This document shows positions 40,008 to 52,741 of a stretch of 64,000 nucleotides of DNA, piece by piece. The stretch is from Eledone cirrhosa (Eukaryota): NCBI GenBank assembly GCA_964016885.1, contig OZ024741.1:112096001-112160000 (forward strand), read 5' to 3'. Under the pieces are notes generated by a model, which saw only the letters and a program-made list of their open reading frames with translations, was not told where the DNA came from and did not search any database. Position 1 is the stretch's first letter. Each line of letters opens with the position of its first letter. Made by a program: the position numbers and the translations under genes.

Positions 40008-40420
40008 TTTCTGATTCAGGCACAGAGCTAACAATTTTTGGATAGCAAGGTCGATTAAATCGACCTCAGTGCGTTACTAATACTTTATTTTATGGATCTA
40101 TAAAGATGAAAGGAAAAGCCTCCCTTGGCTGGATTTGAACTCAGATCTATGCCACAAAGTAGGTTGTCCAACACTCTACCGTTACTGCCAATTGCACTGA
40201 CATTAAATAATTGTTTCTAATTTAGCACAAGGCCAACAATTTGAACGGAAGGGAAAAGTAGATCAAATCGACCCCAGAGCGTTACTGGTACTTTTTTAAT
40301 CGAATCCGTAAGAATGAATGGTAAAGTTGACCTCGGTGGGATTTGAACAGAGAGCGTAAAGGGCTGGAATAATTGCCTCCAAACATGTGGCTAACGCTCT
40401 AATGCACCAGCCAATCCACA
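40008..40420 (-). mobile_element. Two diverged tandem tRNA-SINE copies
   Basis: ggatttgaac (B box, reverse complement) at ~40131 and ~40339; SINE core present in both. Confidence 0.75.
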
Positions 40421-40632
40421 ACACTGATGATAATACATACGTACATACATACATAAATAAAAGCTAATGACGACTGTTGTAGTCAGTCCGATGAATGGAC
40501 GCATGTAATTACGGCTTATAAGAAGACAACATACTATATATTGGAAAAGGTAAGCTACATATTGCTGTAAGATTACATACTCTATTTCTACATAAGTGTT
40601 TGAACTGTAAATATATTGCAACACATCTATTT

Positions 40633-40740
40633 ATATAAACGATACATAGATTTTTACATATAAAGGTTACATAGATTTTAACATATAAACGATACATAGA
40701 TTTTAACATATAAACGTTACATAGATTTTAACATATAAAC
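40633..40740. repeat. ~24-25 bp tandem repeat (~4.5 units) upstream of the R4 ORF
   Basis: atataaacg(a/t)tacatagattttaac repeated. Confidence 0.85.
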
Positions 40741-40999
40741 ACAGCGTTTTATATTACATTCATAACGAAATATACTGAGTAACGTTACAAAACGATTCAC
40801 AAAAGAAAAAAAAAGAAAAAAAAAAGAAAACGCTAAATATAAACGTTTAAAATACAGTTGTAGAATTAAAAACTAGCGTGAAAGAAAATATTACGCAAGC
40901 TGTAAACAACTTTAAATTTAATTATGACAAAATTTTGTCGAAACTATTAAAGAAGATCATCGTGTATTTTGAAAAATAAATGCTAAATATTAGTGAATA

Positions 41000-43900
41000 G
41001 ACGAACTCATCATGGCAAAACGTATGTTTCCTTCGACCAAATCGCAACTACAACTATTGTATACACTGGAGCTACGATCTCAATAAAGATTTATATGAAG
41101 CATACAAACTATCAGACCCCCAAAAGTTCTGTTTTATGCAAAGGCTAAAAACTTTCTGGAACTCCAAACACACAGAATTAGACTTTTCCCAAAAACATTT
41201 AAATGAACAGGCAAAACGTATCATTAGATGTAAATTGATACATCTAACGGAACTGAGTGACACTATTGAAGACAATCATTCCATTTCCACTGATGAACGG
41301 AGAGAATGGTCAGCTGAATCTAGCAGTAAACAGCACACCAACAACGTAGCTGAAATCCATAATTCTACTGTACAAAAAGAACACCAAAAACTTGTCGACA
41401 TATTACAAGTGATATGGGATGATGTTTCAAGAGGTACACAGACTTAATGTGAGTAACAGACCACACAACACCAGAATAAGTAAACAACCCACTAAATTGG
41501 AATTGGAAGTAGTAAATGAAATAACTGACACTTATCTGAAGGTCACACGATTGATAGGTGTGGAAACGACATATGAATTGCTTAATATTTTGTTATATGT
41601 TCCAGCTGTCACACTGCTATCCTATAATAAACAACTAAAACCACGCAACCAATATACAAACAGAAAGTCTGAACCAGCGTGGATGTGTAATTTAAAACAC
41701 AAAATTTTGTCTCTGAGACGAAGTATCGCACAGATCACTGTAATTATAAAATGCAACACAGAGCGCAACTTCACGCGACATCAGGAAGACGTAACAAAAT
41801 ACTAGAGAGGCGATTTAGAAATACAAGATTTAAAACTCTAAACTCCAAACTACACCAGTTGAAACAACAACTCACAGCTGCAACAGAAAGACTAAAATAT
41901 AAGTCAATAGCACATAAACGGCAAGTGCTAAATAGATTATTTGCCAGAGATCCTAAATCAGTTTATCGCAGCTTCAATGGGAAAAGCTCACTCTCTGTAA
42001 ATGACACCCCTACAAAAGAACAGGTTGAGAGCTACTGGAGATCTGTATGGGAAACGAATGACGGATTTAGCAAACAAACTAAATGGCTAAAATAACTGGA
42101 ACAGGAATACTGCCTGCATGTCCAGACAAAACAATATAACATAGATGGGTCAATACTGGAAACAGCTCTGCAGAAAATGTCGAATAGGAAATCACCAGGC
42201 CCAGACCTCATAACAGGATACTGGTTGAAGAATTTCACCTTCTATCGGCAAGATCTCATACGGCTGTTCAGAGAAACCATCAAAGGCACACAAGAAGTTC
42301 CCCAATGGTTATCAACTGCCACTACTCTCCTCATCCAAAAAAATACCCAGACCACCCTTGCTAAAAGTTACCGCCCAATAGCCTGCCAGAACATCATGTA
42401 TAGATTATACACTGGGTGCCTTAATCTGTTCTTACAGGATCATTGGTCCACAACAAAATTATAACACCTGGGCAAGCTGGTGAAAAGAGGGAGGTGTGGG
42501 GCTGCATAGATCACCTACTAAAAAATAAAATGATACAGGAAAAAACAGCAATGAATCGCTGGAACATGACTGTGGTGTGGCTGGACTATCAGAAGGCTTT
42601 TGATAGTGTACCTCATGGGTGGATTATTAAGGCTTTACAGTTAGCCAAAGTCCCACTAGTAGCTGTTCTTGAACGCCTGACCAAGAACTGGTACACCAAT
42701 TTGATCCTTAGGGCTGAGAAGGAGCAAATTAAGACTGACACAATACACTACCAGAACGGCATCTTTCCGGTTGATAGCTTATCAGTGCTGCTTTTCGTCC
42801 TCTCACTAAACCCACTATTATACCTGCTCACAAAACAAAGTGGTTATGGAAGTGGGTCCAGAAGTATCTCCCATCTTTTCTTTGTTGATGACCTAAAGTT
42901 GTATGGGCCAAATATCAACTACATTAAAAAACAATTGGACCTCATTACACAATTTTCTGCAGACATCAGAATGAAATTTGGTGAGTCCAAATGTAAATAT
43001 TTGACAGTAAAACGTGGAAGAGTTGTGCCCTCCTCTGGAAATCTAGAGATGAACGGCTTGACAATACAACCTCTACATTTCAGGTGACAACTACCGATAT
43101 CTTGGTCAGGATGAGAATGTCAGATATGATGGACCCATAAATAAGGAGAGAACCAGAACTAAATACCCCAGGAGAGTAAAGAAAATATGGTCATCAGAAA
43201 TATCAGCGTACAACAAATACATTGCCCACAATACTTATGCTGTTCCAATCCTAACGCCAACATTTGGTCTGCTGAACTGGTCATTGTAAGAAATAAGTGA
43301 GATGGATGTAAGAACTCGCAAGCTTCTCAGTGTTACTGGAAACTTTAACATCAATGGTTATGTGAATAGGCTATACTTCTCACGAAAGGAAGGTGACCGT
43401 GGTCTAAAATCCATATTAACAACATATGAGACCCGAATAGTAACACTGAAGCAACATCTTCAGCAGAAGAAAAGAGTCAGCAACCATCTTGACCAGGTCT
43501 ATGAGCACGAAGAAAATAATATCATTAGGATAGCCACTGATCTGGAGGAGAGATATGGAATAAGGCCTGATATATATCTCTCTCCTAGGGAAATTGGAAG
43601 ATCCTATTCAATGTTCGAACAAGATAAAAAACATGGATGATCAATGTACAGAGAAAGTTGTGCATGGGTACCTGAGACGAAACAACACAGACCATAGAGG
43701 GGATAAATCATTCAAAAATCCTGGCATGGAGTTCCGACAAGTTTATGACATCCCACCTTGAAGGATATCTCTATGCAATACAGGAACAAGAAATCCTACC
43801 AAATATCTGCCATACAAAAGAGGAGGGCCATTAGTTGACAATAATTGTAGGCTTTGTAAAATAAAGATCGAAGATATTAGCCACGTTGTTGCCAACTGCG

Positions 43901-44490
43901 AAAGAATGTCGTCTCGCTACTACCCCCCTATGAGACACGATGTGATAGCTATAACCCCCTGGAGCGCACTCAGGAAAACAAAATTAAAAACAAATGAGGA
44001 AGAATATGTTGAGACAGATGGCACTAAAGAATACTGGTGGAACCTGAAAATAAAAACTGCCACCAAATTAAAGCACAACCGCCCTGATATTGTTGTTTGG
44101 GACCACACATTGAAAATGTGCTCTGTTGTAGAGATCAGCTGCTCACTTGACGTCAACGTTGTAAGCAAAATACAAGAGAAGGACATCTATGGGCCATTGA
44201 TGAGGAGTTTGCAGATCCAGTATCCAAGATACACGCTCAGCTTTATACCCATCATTATTGGAGCTACAGGTTATATACCAACCCGCTTGGACCAAAGTAT
44301 AACTGAACTTGGATTTGTGGACAAAGAGCGCAGCTCCCTAATTCATAGACTACAAATGGCTGCGATAGCTGGCCCCTTCAACATTTGCAAAACATTCTTG
44401 CGATTCAAGGGATGATAATTTCCTTTCTTTTACAACCTTGCCACCAGGAAGGTGGCCGGTCAAATTTCTCGAAATTAAGAGAAAGCGAGA
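41000..44490 (+). mobile_element. Near full-length R4/Dong-like non-LTR retrotransposon, pseudogenised
   Basis: Collinear broken ORFs 41136-44415: KSPGPDLITGYWLK, YRPIAC, WLDYQKAFDSVPH, GIFPVDSLS, HLFFVDDLKLY, RLY..RKEGDRGL, CRLC..EDISHVVANC..RHD, NRPDIVVWD..VVEISC. Followed by a (TACA)-type repeat. Confidence 0.92.
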
Positions 44491-45543
44491 CATACATATG
44501 TGCGTACATACACACATACACACATACATATGTGCGTACATATATAGTTGTATACATACATAGAAAAATGCTTTCGAAATATTTTTACAGGACGTGATGG
44601 ATGTGCTAAAACATAGAAGTGAAGGGCGTTATACAAAATACAAAGACATGAAAAATCTGATAAATATAAATGTACAATTATAAATATGCATGATTAAATT
44701 GCAAACAAAAACAAAACAAATAATGACTGTCCACTCTCAGACACATGTATGAAGCCGTCACAAAATACAACTCCAATTACCTTCAGTTCCCCCGATTGAC
44801 AATTCTTCTATTTCACTTATTAACACATCTACATGATCCTACTATAAGTTGTTCAGCGAATCCATCTAAAACTCCTTTGTGAAGCAATCTCCGCAGCTCC
44901 CTTCTTGTCCCATGGAGGGTGAGATCCACTCTCCCATGTGGTCTAGAATGTGCGGTTTGGATGCATTACCTTTTTCCACGCCTCATTTCTTTTTGTTGCT
45001 GATTTTTAAAGTTACCTTCAAAATCAGTATACCGTTTTCTGCCTATTGGTTTGTTTGACTTTGGCTTGGTTGCTGTACTTTGGCCTTGTATATGACCAAT
45101 TTGATAAAATATACCAGGTCCAACGTGCATTCGTCGTCTTTTTTCCTGCACGAGCATCCTGGATTTTGTTGTGATTTGGGTTTAGATGTTATAAAGAGAA
45201 TATTAGGAGCACAATGGTAGCTGATCTTAATTGAACCTCTATTGAAAATTTCACTATATCGATGTTGGGATGGAAAATGCTTAACTAAGGAATTGTAAAA
45301 TTAAATTTACAAATAGAAGACATTTTACAATAGTACTTATATCATCGGATCAGAAAATTAGGACATTTATGCCAAACAGCAAACGTACAGATATCTCTAT
45401 TATGTTCACTCTTCAACTTCGGGATGATGATTGTGAGTGAAGTTAACTATGAATACTATGACTAAAAAGTGGGAAATTTAGGAGGTAGCGTAACTACGTC
45501 AACAGTTCAGTGGTTATAACCCACACCATCGGTTGACATGCAA

Positions 45544-45586
<43 letters not shown>

Positions 45587-45599
45587 GCTGCTGTTGCTG

Positions 45600-45656
<57 letters not shown>

Positions 45657-45674
45657 TTGTGGTAGTTATCAAAT

Positions 45675-45808
45675 AATTGTTTCTACTTTAGGCACAAGGC
45701 CAGCAAATTACCAAGTGCATTACTGGTACTTTATTTTATCGACCCCGTAAGGATCAAAGGCAAAGTCAACCTCGGCGGGATTTGAACTCAGATCGTAAAG
45801 GGACGTAC
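45675..45808 (-). mobile_element. 5'-truncated young tRNA-SINE
   Basis: Near-identical to the 51092 copy; flanked on both sides by caaataat. Confidence 0.85.
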
Positions 45809-46374
45809 AAATAATGATAACTGGAGAGATACAGAATATGGTAATTCGAAGAGTTCAGAGACTTCTTAAAAGAAACCATCAAAGTAGTCAAGATCGTGAC
45901 TTTAGACATAGACAGTCTGGCAAGTTATCAGTCATAACCACTCATCCACATCACCATCATCATCGTCATCATCACCTTCTGATATCAAAAACAACAGAAA
46001 ACATATTGCATAATATATTCAAAGACTCAAGAGTTAAATCTCTCAGGACACCGGTTAACATATTAAACAATTGTCTGGTGTATAACATAAGAAGTCGTTT
46101 GCTATCTCCAAGGCAATATAGAAACTACAAAACACGGTGACTGCAGCCTGATGACGCCCGCCACTCATATTAGTTGGTGCAGATAGGTTGTTGTTTTGCC
46201 GGGAGTGTTTGAAGTATGGCTTTGAAGGACGTGTGTGGTTTTTTACCTTTCTTGTGCGGTATATGACTTGTGACTCGAGTTTATTGTAGGTTTATAGGTG
46301 TGTTTGGTTGAGTTCAGAAATAGCACGGTCTTAGATACGTATATAAAGCAGCGACATGGCAGAGTCCTTAGAAA

Positions 46375-46570
46375 CTCTCTAAACCAAATGCCAACCTGCA
46401 CACATGACACCTGCTAAACAAACCCGCGACCCACCCTCCAATCGTGGCAAACTGAACCCCGACCGCAACAGCCACTAAATGGGGAAGAGAAGCGTTATCA
46501 ATCTGCATCTGTCATATTATGTAATTTCTATATAATAAAGCTATTAGTAGTCGATTATATCAACACCAAC
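46375..46570 (+). repeat. ~200 bp dispersed repeat, second copy at ~53115-53318 (LTR-like 3' end)
   Basis: Shared aaactgaaccccgaccgcaacagccactaaatggggaagag...tataataaagcta...gtcgattatatcaacacca; AATAAA near the end and a terminal CA. Confidence 0.75.
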
Positions 46571-46826
46571 TACTGGGGTCGATTCTTCATCTATATCTCT
46601 TTCTCTCTTCCATTCGCTTACTCTCTCTATCCTCATCTGGAAGAAATCTGCTGTATTCAGACCTGGAGAGTAGATGGGCTCCACCAGGTTTTAAAATACC
46701 CTAGAAACGCCGTATGTCAATACGGCACCCCAACAACTTCCACGGGAGTTACGTGACCATGCATGCAGTTACGTATATATATGTGTGTATGTATATATAC
46801 ACACATTCTCACATACACACACACAT

Positions 46827-46875
<49 letters not shown>

Positions 46876-46877
<2 letters not shown>

Positions 46878-47402
46878 ATACTACTCCCTAAATAGTAAGC
46901 TTATAGACGGTCCATATTGACTGCTATTTCTAGTGGCAATTTAAACTCCACATTTTCCCCCATGTACAAATATTCACCTTATTAGTATATCTACACATGT
47001 GCGTGCAATATTATTATTTTTTTCTTGCATCACGCTGGTTCGATGAGAATGAACTTATTTCTCTCAACGAGTATTTATAATTTTCCCTATACCTTGCAGA
47101 ATCCCCTTTGATGAAAAGTTGTTCTGTTAACGGTAGCCATCTCAAACTATTGGAAAAGTCAGCGTTATTCTTCAGCTTGGAAACTACAGTAAGGAATTTT
47201 AGAGAAGCCTTCTAGCTTTAGGTTACTTGACTAAGAGTATATCCCTAGCGAAAGATGCTTGTGAAGTGTTCTATTAGATTACTTTATTGGATTTATCCCT
47301 CAGTGATTTTGATATGACGTTCAATATGTGTTTGCTTCTCTGAATGAGATGTTTTTAGCGACCCCTTTTCATTGAAATGTTACGTATATACGTGACAATT
47401 TA

Positions 47403-47405
<3 letters not shown>
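46876..47405 (+). mobile_element. Probable PLE 3'-UTR remnant with HHR-like motif
   Basis: Lies between two (TA)n tracts; cct-TTGATGA (47108)-aAAGTTG...CAGCTTg-GAAA-C-TACA-G-TA-agg (47194). Confidence 0.45.
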
Positions 47406-47445
<40 letters not shown>

Positions 47446-47452
<7 letters not shown>

Positions 47453-49545
47453 TAACAGATTAAAGTTTAAGCAAAGAATCGCTACTTTCACTCTTAACGG
47501 GATCTTCTGAAATATGCTACTAACGAGCATATTTTCAACGACCATTCCACATATTACAATGAAGCTCTTGCTCGGAGTGGATTTGTCGATAAGGTAGCAT
47601 ATACAGAGTACGACAATAGACCTAGAAGAAATAGATCCCGACGCATTATATGGTATAACCCACCTTATAATATGGAGGCGGCCACACCATTAGCTAAGAT
47701 CTTTCTCTCCTTTATTACGAAGCATTTTCCCCCTACACTTAAATATAGTAACATTTTTAATAGAAATACTATTAAAATTTCTTACTCTACGACTCCTAAC
47801 CTTGCAGATAACATCACAGCTTCTAATTTAGCTAAACTACCTAGCCGTAGGAACACGTGCAACCCTGTAATTAGTACTAACTGTAATTGTAGGAATCGGG
47901 TTGACTGCCCCCTATCCGGGAAATGCCTCTCTAGTAACATTGTCTACAAATGTAAGGTTGAAACACCCACGTCCCGTAGGGCCTACATAGGGTTAATCGC
48001 CAATAGATTCAAGCAGCGTCTTTACATGCATACCCGTTCTTTTCGTTACCCTCTAAGAAGGAATATGACGTCACTTTTAGCTTATATCTGGAGTCTAAAA
48101 GACAACCACACCCAATATAAGTTACACTGGGAGATCCTAGCTAGGGCTAGATCGTATAACGGAAATAAAAGACCATGTGACCTCTGCGCCGCTGAGGCCC
48201 TGGAAATACTCTACGCCACAGACCACATCTTAAACAAAAAATCTGAGGCAATTTCGGCTTGTAAACATAAATTGCACAAAACTTTCCTGTATTACAGCCC
48301 CACATTATACCCTAACGGATAGTACGATCTATACGCGGATATTTTACGTCTTGATGTGGTAGCTAAGTATATGTTATGTTTATGCCATTACTTATTTGTA
48401 TAGGTAAGTATATATTACCTGTATGTTTTGTGAAGGTACGTATAATTTCTCATATGTATATTTGATTGTATATGTTATGGCATATATTTTATATATTCTG
48501 GTACATATGCTTTTGGTTATGTGTATACGTGAGTTTTGCGTCTATGTGAGTATGCGGGTGTGTGTATATGTGTACTTCGTGTTTTGGTTGACGTACGTCT
48601 CCGAACATATGTGTATTTACATGTAGGTATGTGTGTGCGCTTGTTATATACGTATTTATTTACTTATATACGTTTATTTAATTATTTGTATACACGCACA
48701 CACACACATATTTATATGTGCGTGTATTTGTATACCTATGGCGAGTGTTTTCGCGTATGCTTGTACGTCTCCGAACATATGTGTATTTACATGTAGGTAT
48801 GTGTGTGCCCTTGTTATATACGTATTTATTTATTTATATACGTTTATTTAATTATTTGTATACACGCACACACACATATTTATATGTGCGTTTATTTGTA
48901 TACCTATGGTGAGTGTTTTCGCGTATGCTTGTGTATGCACGTATATGGATGCGTGTATGCATTTATTTAATTTCAATTGCCTTTGTATTTTATTTACTTT
49001 ATTCTTAACTCTGAAGCCGAGAATCATTCGGTTTCCTAGTTAGAATTTTAGTCTACGACTTCACCTATACCATTTACGTGGTTTTGTCTTTGCGTGCAAT
49101 TGTTCTCCACGCTCCAGCTATGACGTATTATCTTCGTTTTTTCCGCTCATTGCCAGAGAACTTCTCTATGAACCACCTAATAGAATATTAGTCTACGACT
49201 TCTTTTACACCATAAACGTGGTTTTGTCTTTGTGTGTAATTGTTTTTAACCGCTCCAAATAATGACGTATTATATTCGTTTTTCCCGTTCTTTGCCAGGG
49301 AACGTTTCCACGAACCAAAGCATCGTCTTCCTGTCTTCCTCCGGTTGCAACGATTTTTGAAATATTCACTTCTGCGTTCACAGATTGACTTTGTTAGTTT
49401 CAGAAGATCCCGTTAAGGGTGAAAGCAGCGATTCTTTGCTTACACTTTAATCTGTTATTTTAATAAATAATTTCTCTACGGTTCTTATATATTTGATATA
49501 TATTTATCCTTAACGAGCCCTCTTTGGATTTTAGTCTTCAAATTT
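47446..49545 (+). mobile_element. Second, unrelated 5'-truncated PLE with a short 5' inverted segment
   Basis: 47446-47512 is the reverse complement of 49398-49464 (3 mismatches). GIY-YIG ORF present; (TA)n/(ATT)n flanks; tandem duplications of ~170 bp (48593/48763) and ~140 bp (49047/49188) in the 3'UTR. Confidence 0.85.
47516..48322 (+). CDS. PLE RT thumb/linker + GIY-YIG endonuclease fragment (Hydra-clade-like)
   Basis: Frame is open from 47516: YNEALARSGF..RRIIWYNPPY..IKISYS..CNCRNRVDCPLSGKCLSSNIVYKC..AYIGL..RFKQR..H..SF..CDLC..E..LNKKSE..CKH. It lacks the CCHH pattern of the first PLE. Confidence 0.8.
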   Translation, partial: ATNEHIFNDHSTYYNEALARSGFVDKVAYTEYDNRPRRNRSRRIIWYNPPYNMEAATPLAKIFLSFITKHFPPTLKYSNIFNRNTIKISYSTTPNLADNITASNLAKLPSRRNTCNPVISTNCNCRNRVDCPLSGKCLSSNIVYKCKVETPTSRRAYIGLIANRFKQRLYMHTRSFRYPLRRNMTSLLAYIWSLKDNHTQYKLHWEILARARSYNGNKRPCDLCAAEALEILYATDHILNKKSEAISACKHKLHKTFLYYSPTLYPNG

Positions 49546-49591
49546 ATTATTATTACTATATATTATTACTATATATTATTACTATATAAGT

Positions 49592-49666
<75 letters not shown>

Positions 49667-49736
49667 TTACCTATATATATATTACTTATATATTCATTAG
49701 TTAAGTACTCATTTTTATGTCCGTCAATAACACATG

Positions 49737-49789
<53 letters not shown>

Positions 49790-50299
49790 CATTGAATAGC
49801 TACCTGTTCACTCTTATTAATCACGTTCGCGGCGTACATAGTCAGAGAGCATATCAAATAACGCCAAGATATAAATATATGATATAACCAGATATGTAGA
49901 GGATATATTCGTCGTAATGCTCACAATAAAGAGGCGAATTGGCAGAGCCGTTAGTGGGTCGGACTATAAATACCTTGGCATTTGTTTCGGCACACTCTGT
50001 TCTGAGTTCAAATCCCGCTGAAATCAACTTTGCCTTGGAGAATGATGGGCTCCGCCAGGTTTAAAATCTCCAAGATATGTCATATGTCAGGATGGTGATC
50101 CTATGACCCCATTATAAGTTAAAGGCCCATTATAAGTTAATGGTTATACTGGAAGATAAAGGAACACCTAAAAAATAACTCCGTACTAAACTTTATAGAT
50201 AGAAATGAAGGTATTTATTTTTACTTGCAATTGTATTTCCTTTTCAACACTTGATGCAAGTGAAGGCTTTGTGTCGCTAAACGTTATCAATATATTATA

Positions 50300-50905
50300 C
50301 AAAGTCTCCCAAATATATTCTGCACAGACTATTTAAGGTGTGCAATGAATTCACGGTAGCAGCACATAATCCACAGAATTCCATTTGTTGGATCTGTCAT
50401 ACGTGCAAAAGGGATCTCATTTGGTGTTTTAAAAATCACTACTTTAGTATCTATTACTAAATATCTGGTAAATGATAAATCTCTTATTTTCTCTTCTTTT
50501 GTAAATCGAACAATACCATACAGTAAAGCCTCTTTCACTGGTAGAGTTGATTCATACAAGTGTCATTACCCATTTCAGTTCGTTTTTATATGGGTATTTT
50601 TGCTCAAGGGAATCTTATTGATTATCCCACGCGCTGGTTTGCGCAACACAATACGCCGAACCTTAGTAATAATAGATAGGATCAATTCTTCACCAACAAT
50701 ATGTCGTTTTCTGGGTTTGTTAACTAGTAATGCAATTGTGTAAGAGGCGTGTAACTGATCATTCTTTTGTATCGATACGGATGAAAATATAGAAGAAAAC
50801 CTCAGTTTGTTTTTGAAAAATGAGTCTTGAAATGGTTTTGCAAAATTAGTCTCGAAACACGATAAATCTTTAAATGACTTATTAAGTGCTCTTCTAATCT
50901 TGAAA
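50300..50905 (-). pseudogene. hAT (Charlie/Buster-type) transposase fragment
   Basis: Minus strand reads LHASYTIALLV..VGEELIL..KIPLSKNT..YESTLPVKEALLYGIVRF..DTK. Confidence 0.7.
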
Positions 50906-50909
50906 GTTT

Positions 50910-51754
50910 CAGAAATTCATTGGAAACTCTTTTGGGCTAGTTTCACTAGCAATCCTCGCACACTGTTCCAAAAAGCAAAATCGTTCTCTTTTGAGAAGAA
51001 AGGCAGTAAATCTTTTTCTCTGTCGCGATATAACTTGATTTTGGTTCTCAGTAACAGCAAATAGTTTTCTCTCAGTCTGGAAACTAATAATTGTTTCTAC
51101 TTTAGGCACAAGGCCAGCAATTATCCGGTGCATTACTGGTACTTTATTTTATCGACCCCGTAAGGATGAAAGGCAAAGTCAACCTCGGCGGGATTTGAAC
51201 TCAGATCGTAAAGGGACTGGAAAGCATGGCGTCCGACCCTCTACCGATACTGCCAATCCACAACTAATAATGCAGGCAATTGTATTTGAAAGATTCAAGT
51301 CCCTTAGAAGGTTGTTCAATTCTTGTTGACTAAAACCTTTTGCAACTGTTGAAGTTTCTCCGAGGTCGCCGTCTTTTGGCCACCACATATGCTTTCTTTG
51401 TCAGTCGCTGATTTACAATAATCTTTAGGGAGCTCAGAAAGATAGCTGAATGATGGAACAATTATCTTATTAGAATATGCAACAGGCCGTCTAATTGTGT
51501 CTATGTCAGGATACATCCATTTACTCTGGTTATGTACATTGATGCCATTTATATTCACCAAACAGAAATAACAGCCATCATTGTTGTTTCTCTGTTCTCT
51601 CCATACCACTGGTGTAACAAATGTCAGGCACCTCTTCTTCTCATTGGTCCATAGATGTAGATACACCATACATTGTTTACACATATGAGGTTCTTATGAT
51701 TGAGTGTACATGTGTGCCAGTGTATGTGTGAGTGTTAGAGTCGCGTGCCGATAA

Positions 51755-51819
<65 letters not shown>

Positions 51820-51822
51820 CGC

Positions 51823-51867
<45 letters not shown>

Positions 51868-52320
51868 GGCTAGAGAACAGACACTTGAAAATCGAAGCTA
51901 AACGAAGATATTGACACATCCCTTGTCAGAGTCCCTTGTTAGAGTCGAGTGCCAACAAGAGTTACTGTGTTTGCATGTGTGTGAGTGAGTGCGCGCGTGT
52001 GTGTATTGGCTAATGGAACAGAGAACAGACACTTGAAAATCGAAGCTAAACGGAGAAATTGACACATCCTTTTATCATCAGCTCTCCTCTGCGAATCACC
52101 ACGAATTTGGTTCACTAAGGATAGGGTTGTGTACCATTGTTTAACAGGGATTACAACGCAAGACATGACTACGATGAAATACAATACAATGAATGTTTGG
52201 ACTAAGTTGATAAGGAATATGATGCAAAATGTGTGTGTACTAAGCACATTTAGGTCAACAAAACGGTTGACTTAAAATGTATTGTGAAATTTTGGATTTC
52301 GAAATGTGTGTAACCCAATG
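50910..52320 (-). mobile_element. Left part of a Chapaev3-like (CMC) DNA transposon, decayed
   Basis: ORF 51316-51684 reads CKQC..L.LW...VWREQRN..DGCYFC..G...YP....RPV, then FSQQELNNLLRDLNLS; terminus CATTGGGTTACAC at 52320. Family assignment is from recalled motifs. Confidence 0.6.
51092..51261 (-). mobile_element. tRNA-SINE inserted in the transposase remnant, 10 bp TSD
   Basis: TSD aactaataat at 51082-51091 and 51262-51271; A and B boxes present. Confidence 0.9.
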
Positions 52321-52368
52321 CAAATACACACACACACTCTCTCTTTCTCCCCCCCCCCCCACACACAA

Positions 52369-52421
<53 letters not shown>

Positions 52422-52434
52422 TATACATATATAT

Positions 52435-52607
52435 AATTGTTTCTACTATTGGCACAAGGCCAGCAATTATCCAGTACATTACTGGTACTTTATTTTATCG
52501 ACCCCGTAAGGATGAAAGGCAAAGTTAACCTCGACGGGATTTGAACTCAGAATGGCAAGGGCCGTAACTCTATGCGTCATAGCATGACGTCCGACCCTTT
52601 ACCGATA
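52435..52607 (-). mobile_element. tRNA-SINE
   Basis: SINE core and B box; adjoins (TA)n. Confidence 0.85.
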
Positions 52608-52741
52608 TTCTATAATGAATACAAAGTACGGGTGAAAACAGAAAAAAGAACGAAACATAGACAGTCCCAAATCAGTCGATCTCTGGAGATATGTTGTTTC
52701 GTTGCTTTAAGATCGAATGTTTATACATACATATATACATA

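Noticed and set aside
40463-40500. CTAATGA-stem-CGATG as a hammerhead
   Set aside because: Both core strands deviate at catalytic positions; kept only as a possible structured leader.
44966-45157. Possible minus-strand exon ending at AG|GTAATG
   Set aside because: No clear acceptor site or recognisable protein similarity.
46147-46200. CTGATGA hammerhead core
   Set aside because: No stem II followed by GAAA nearby.
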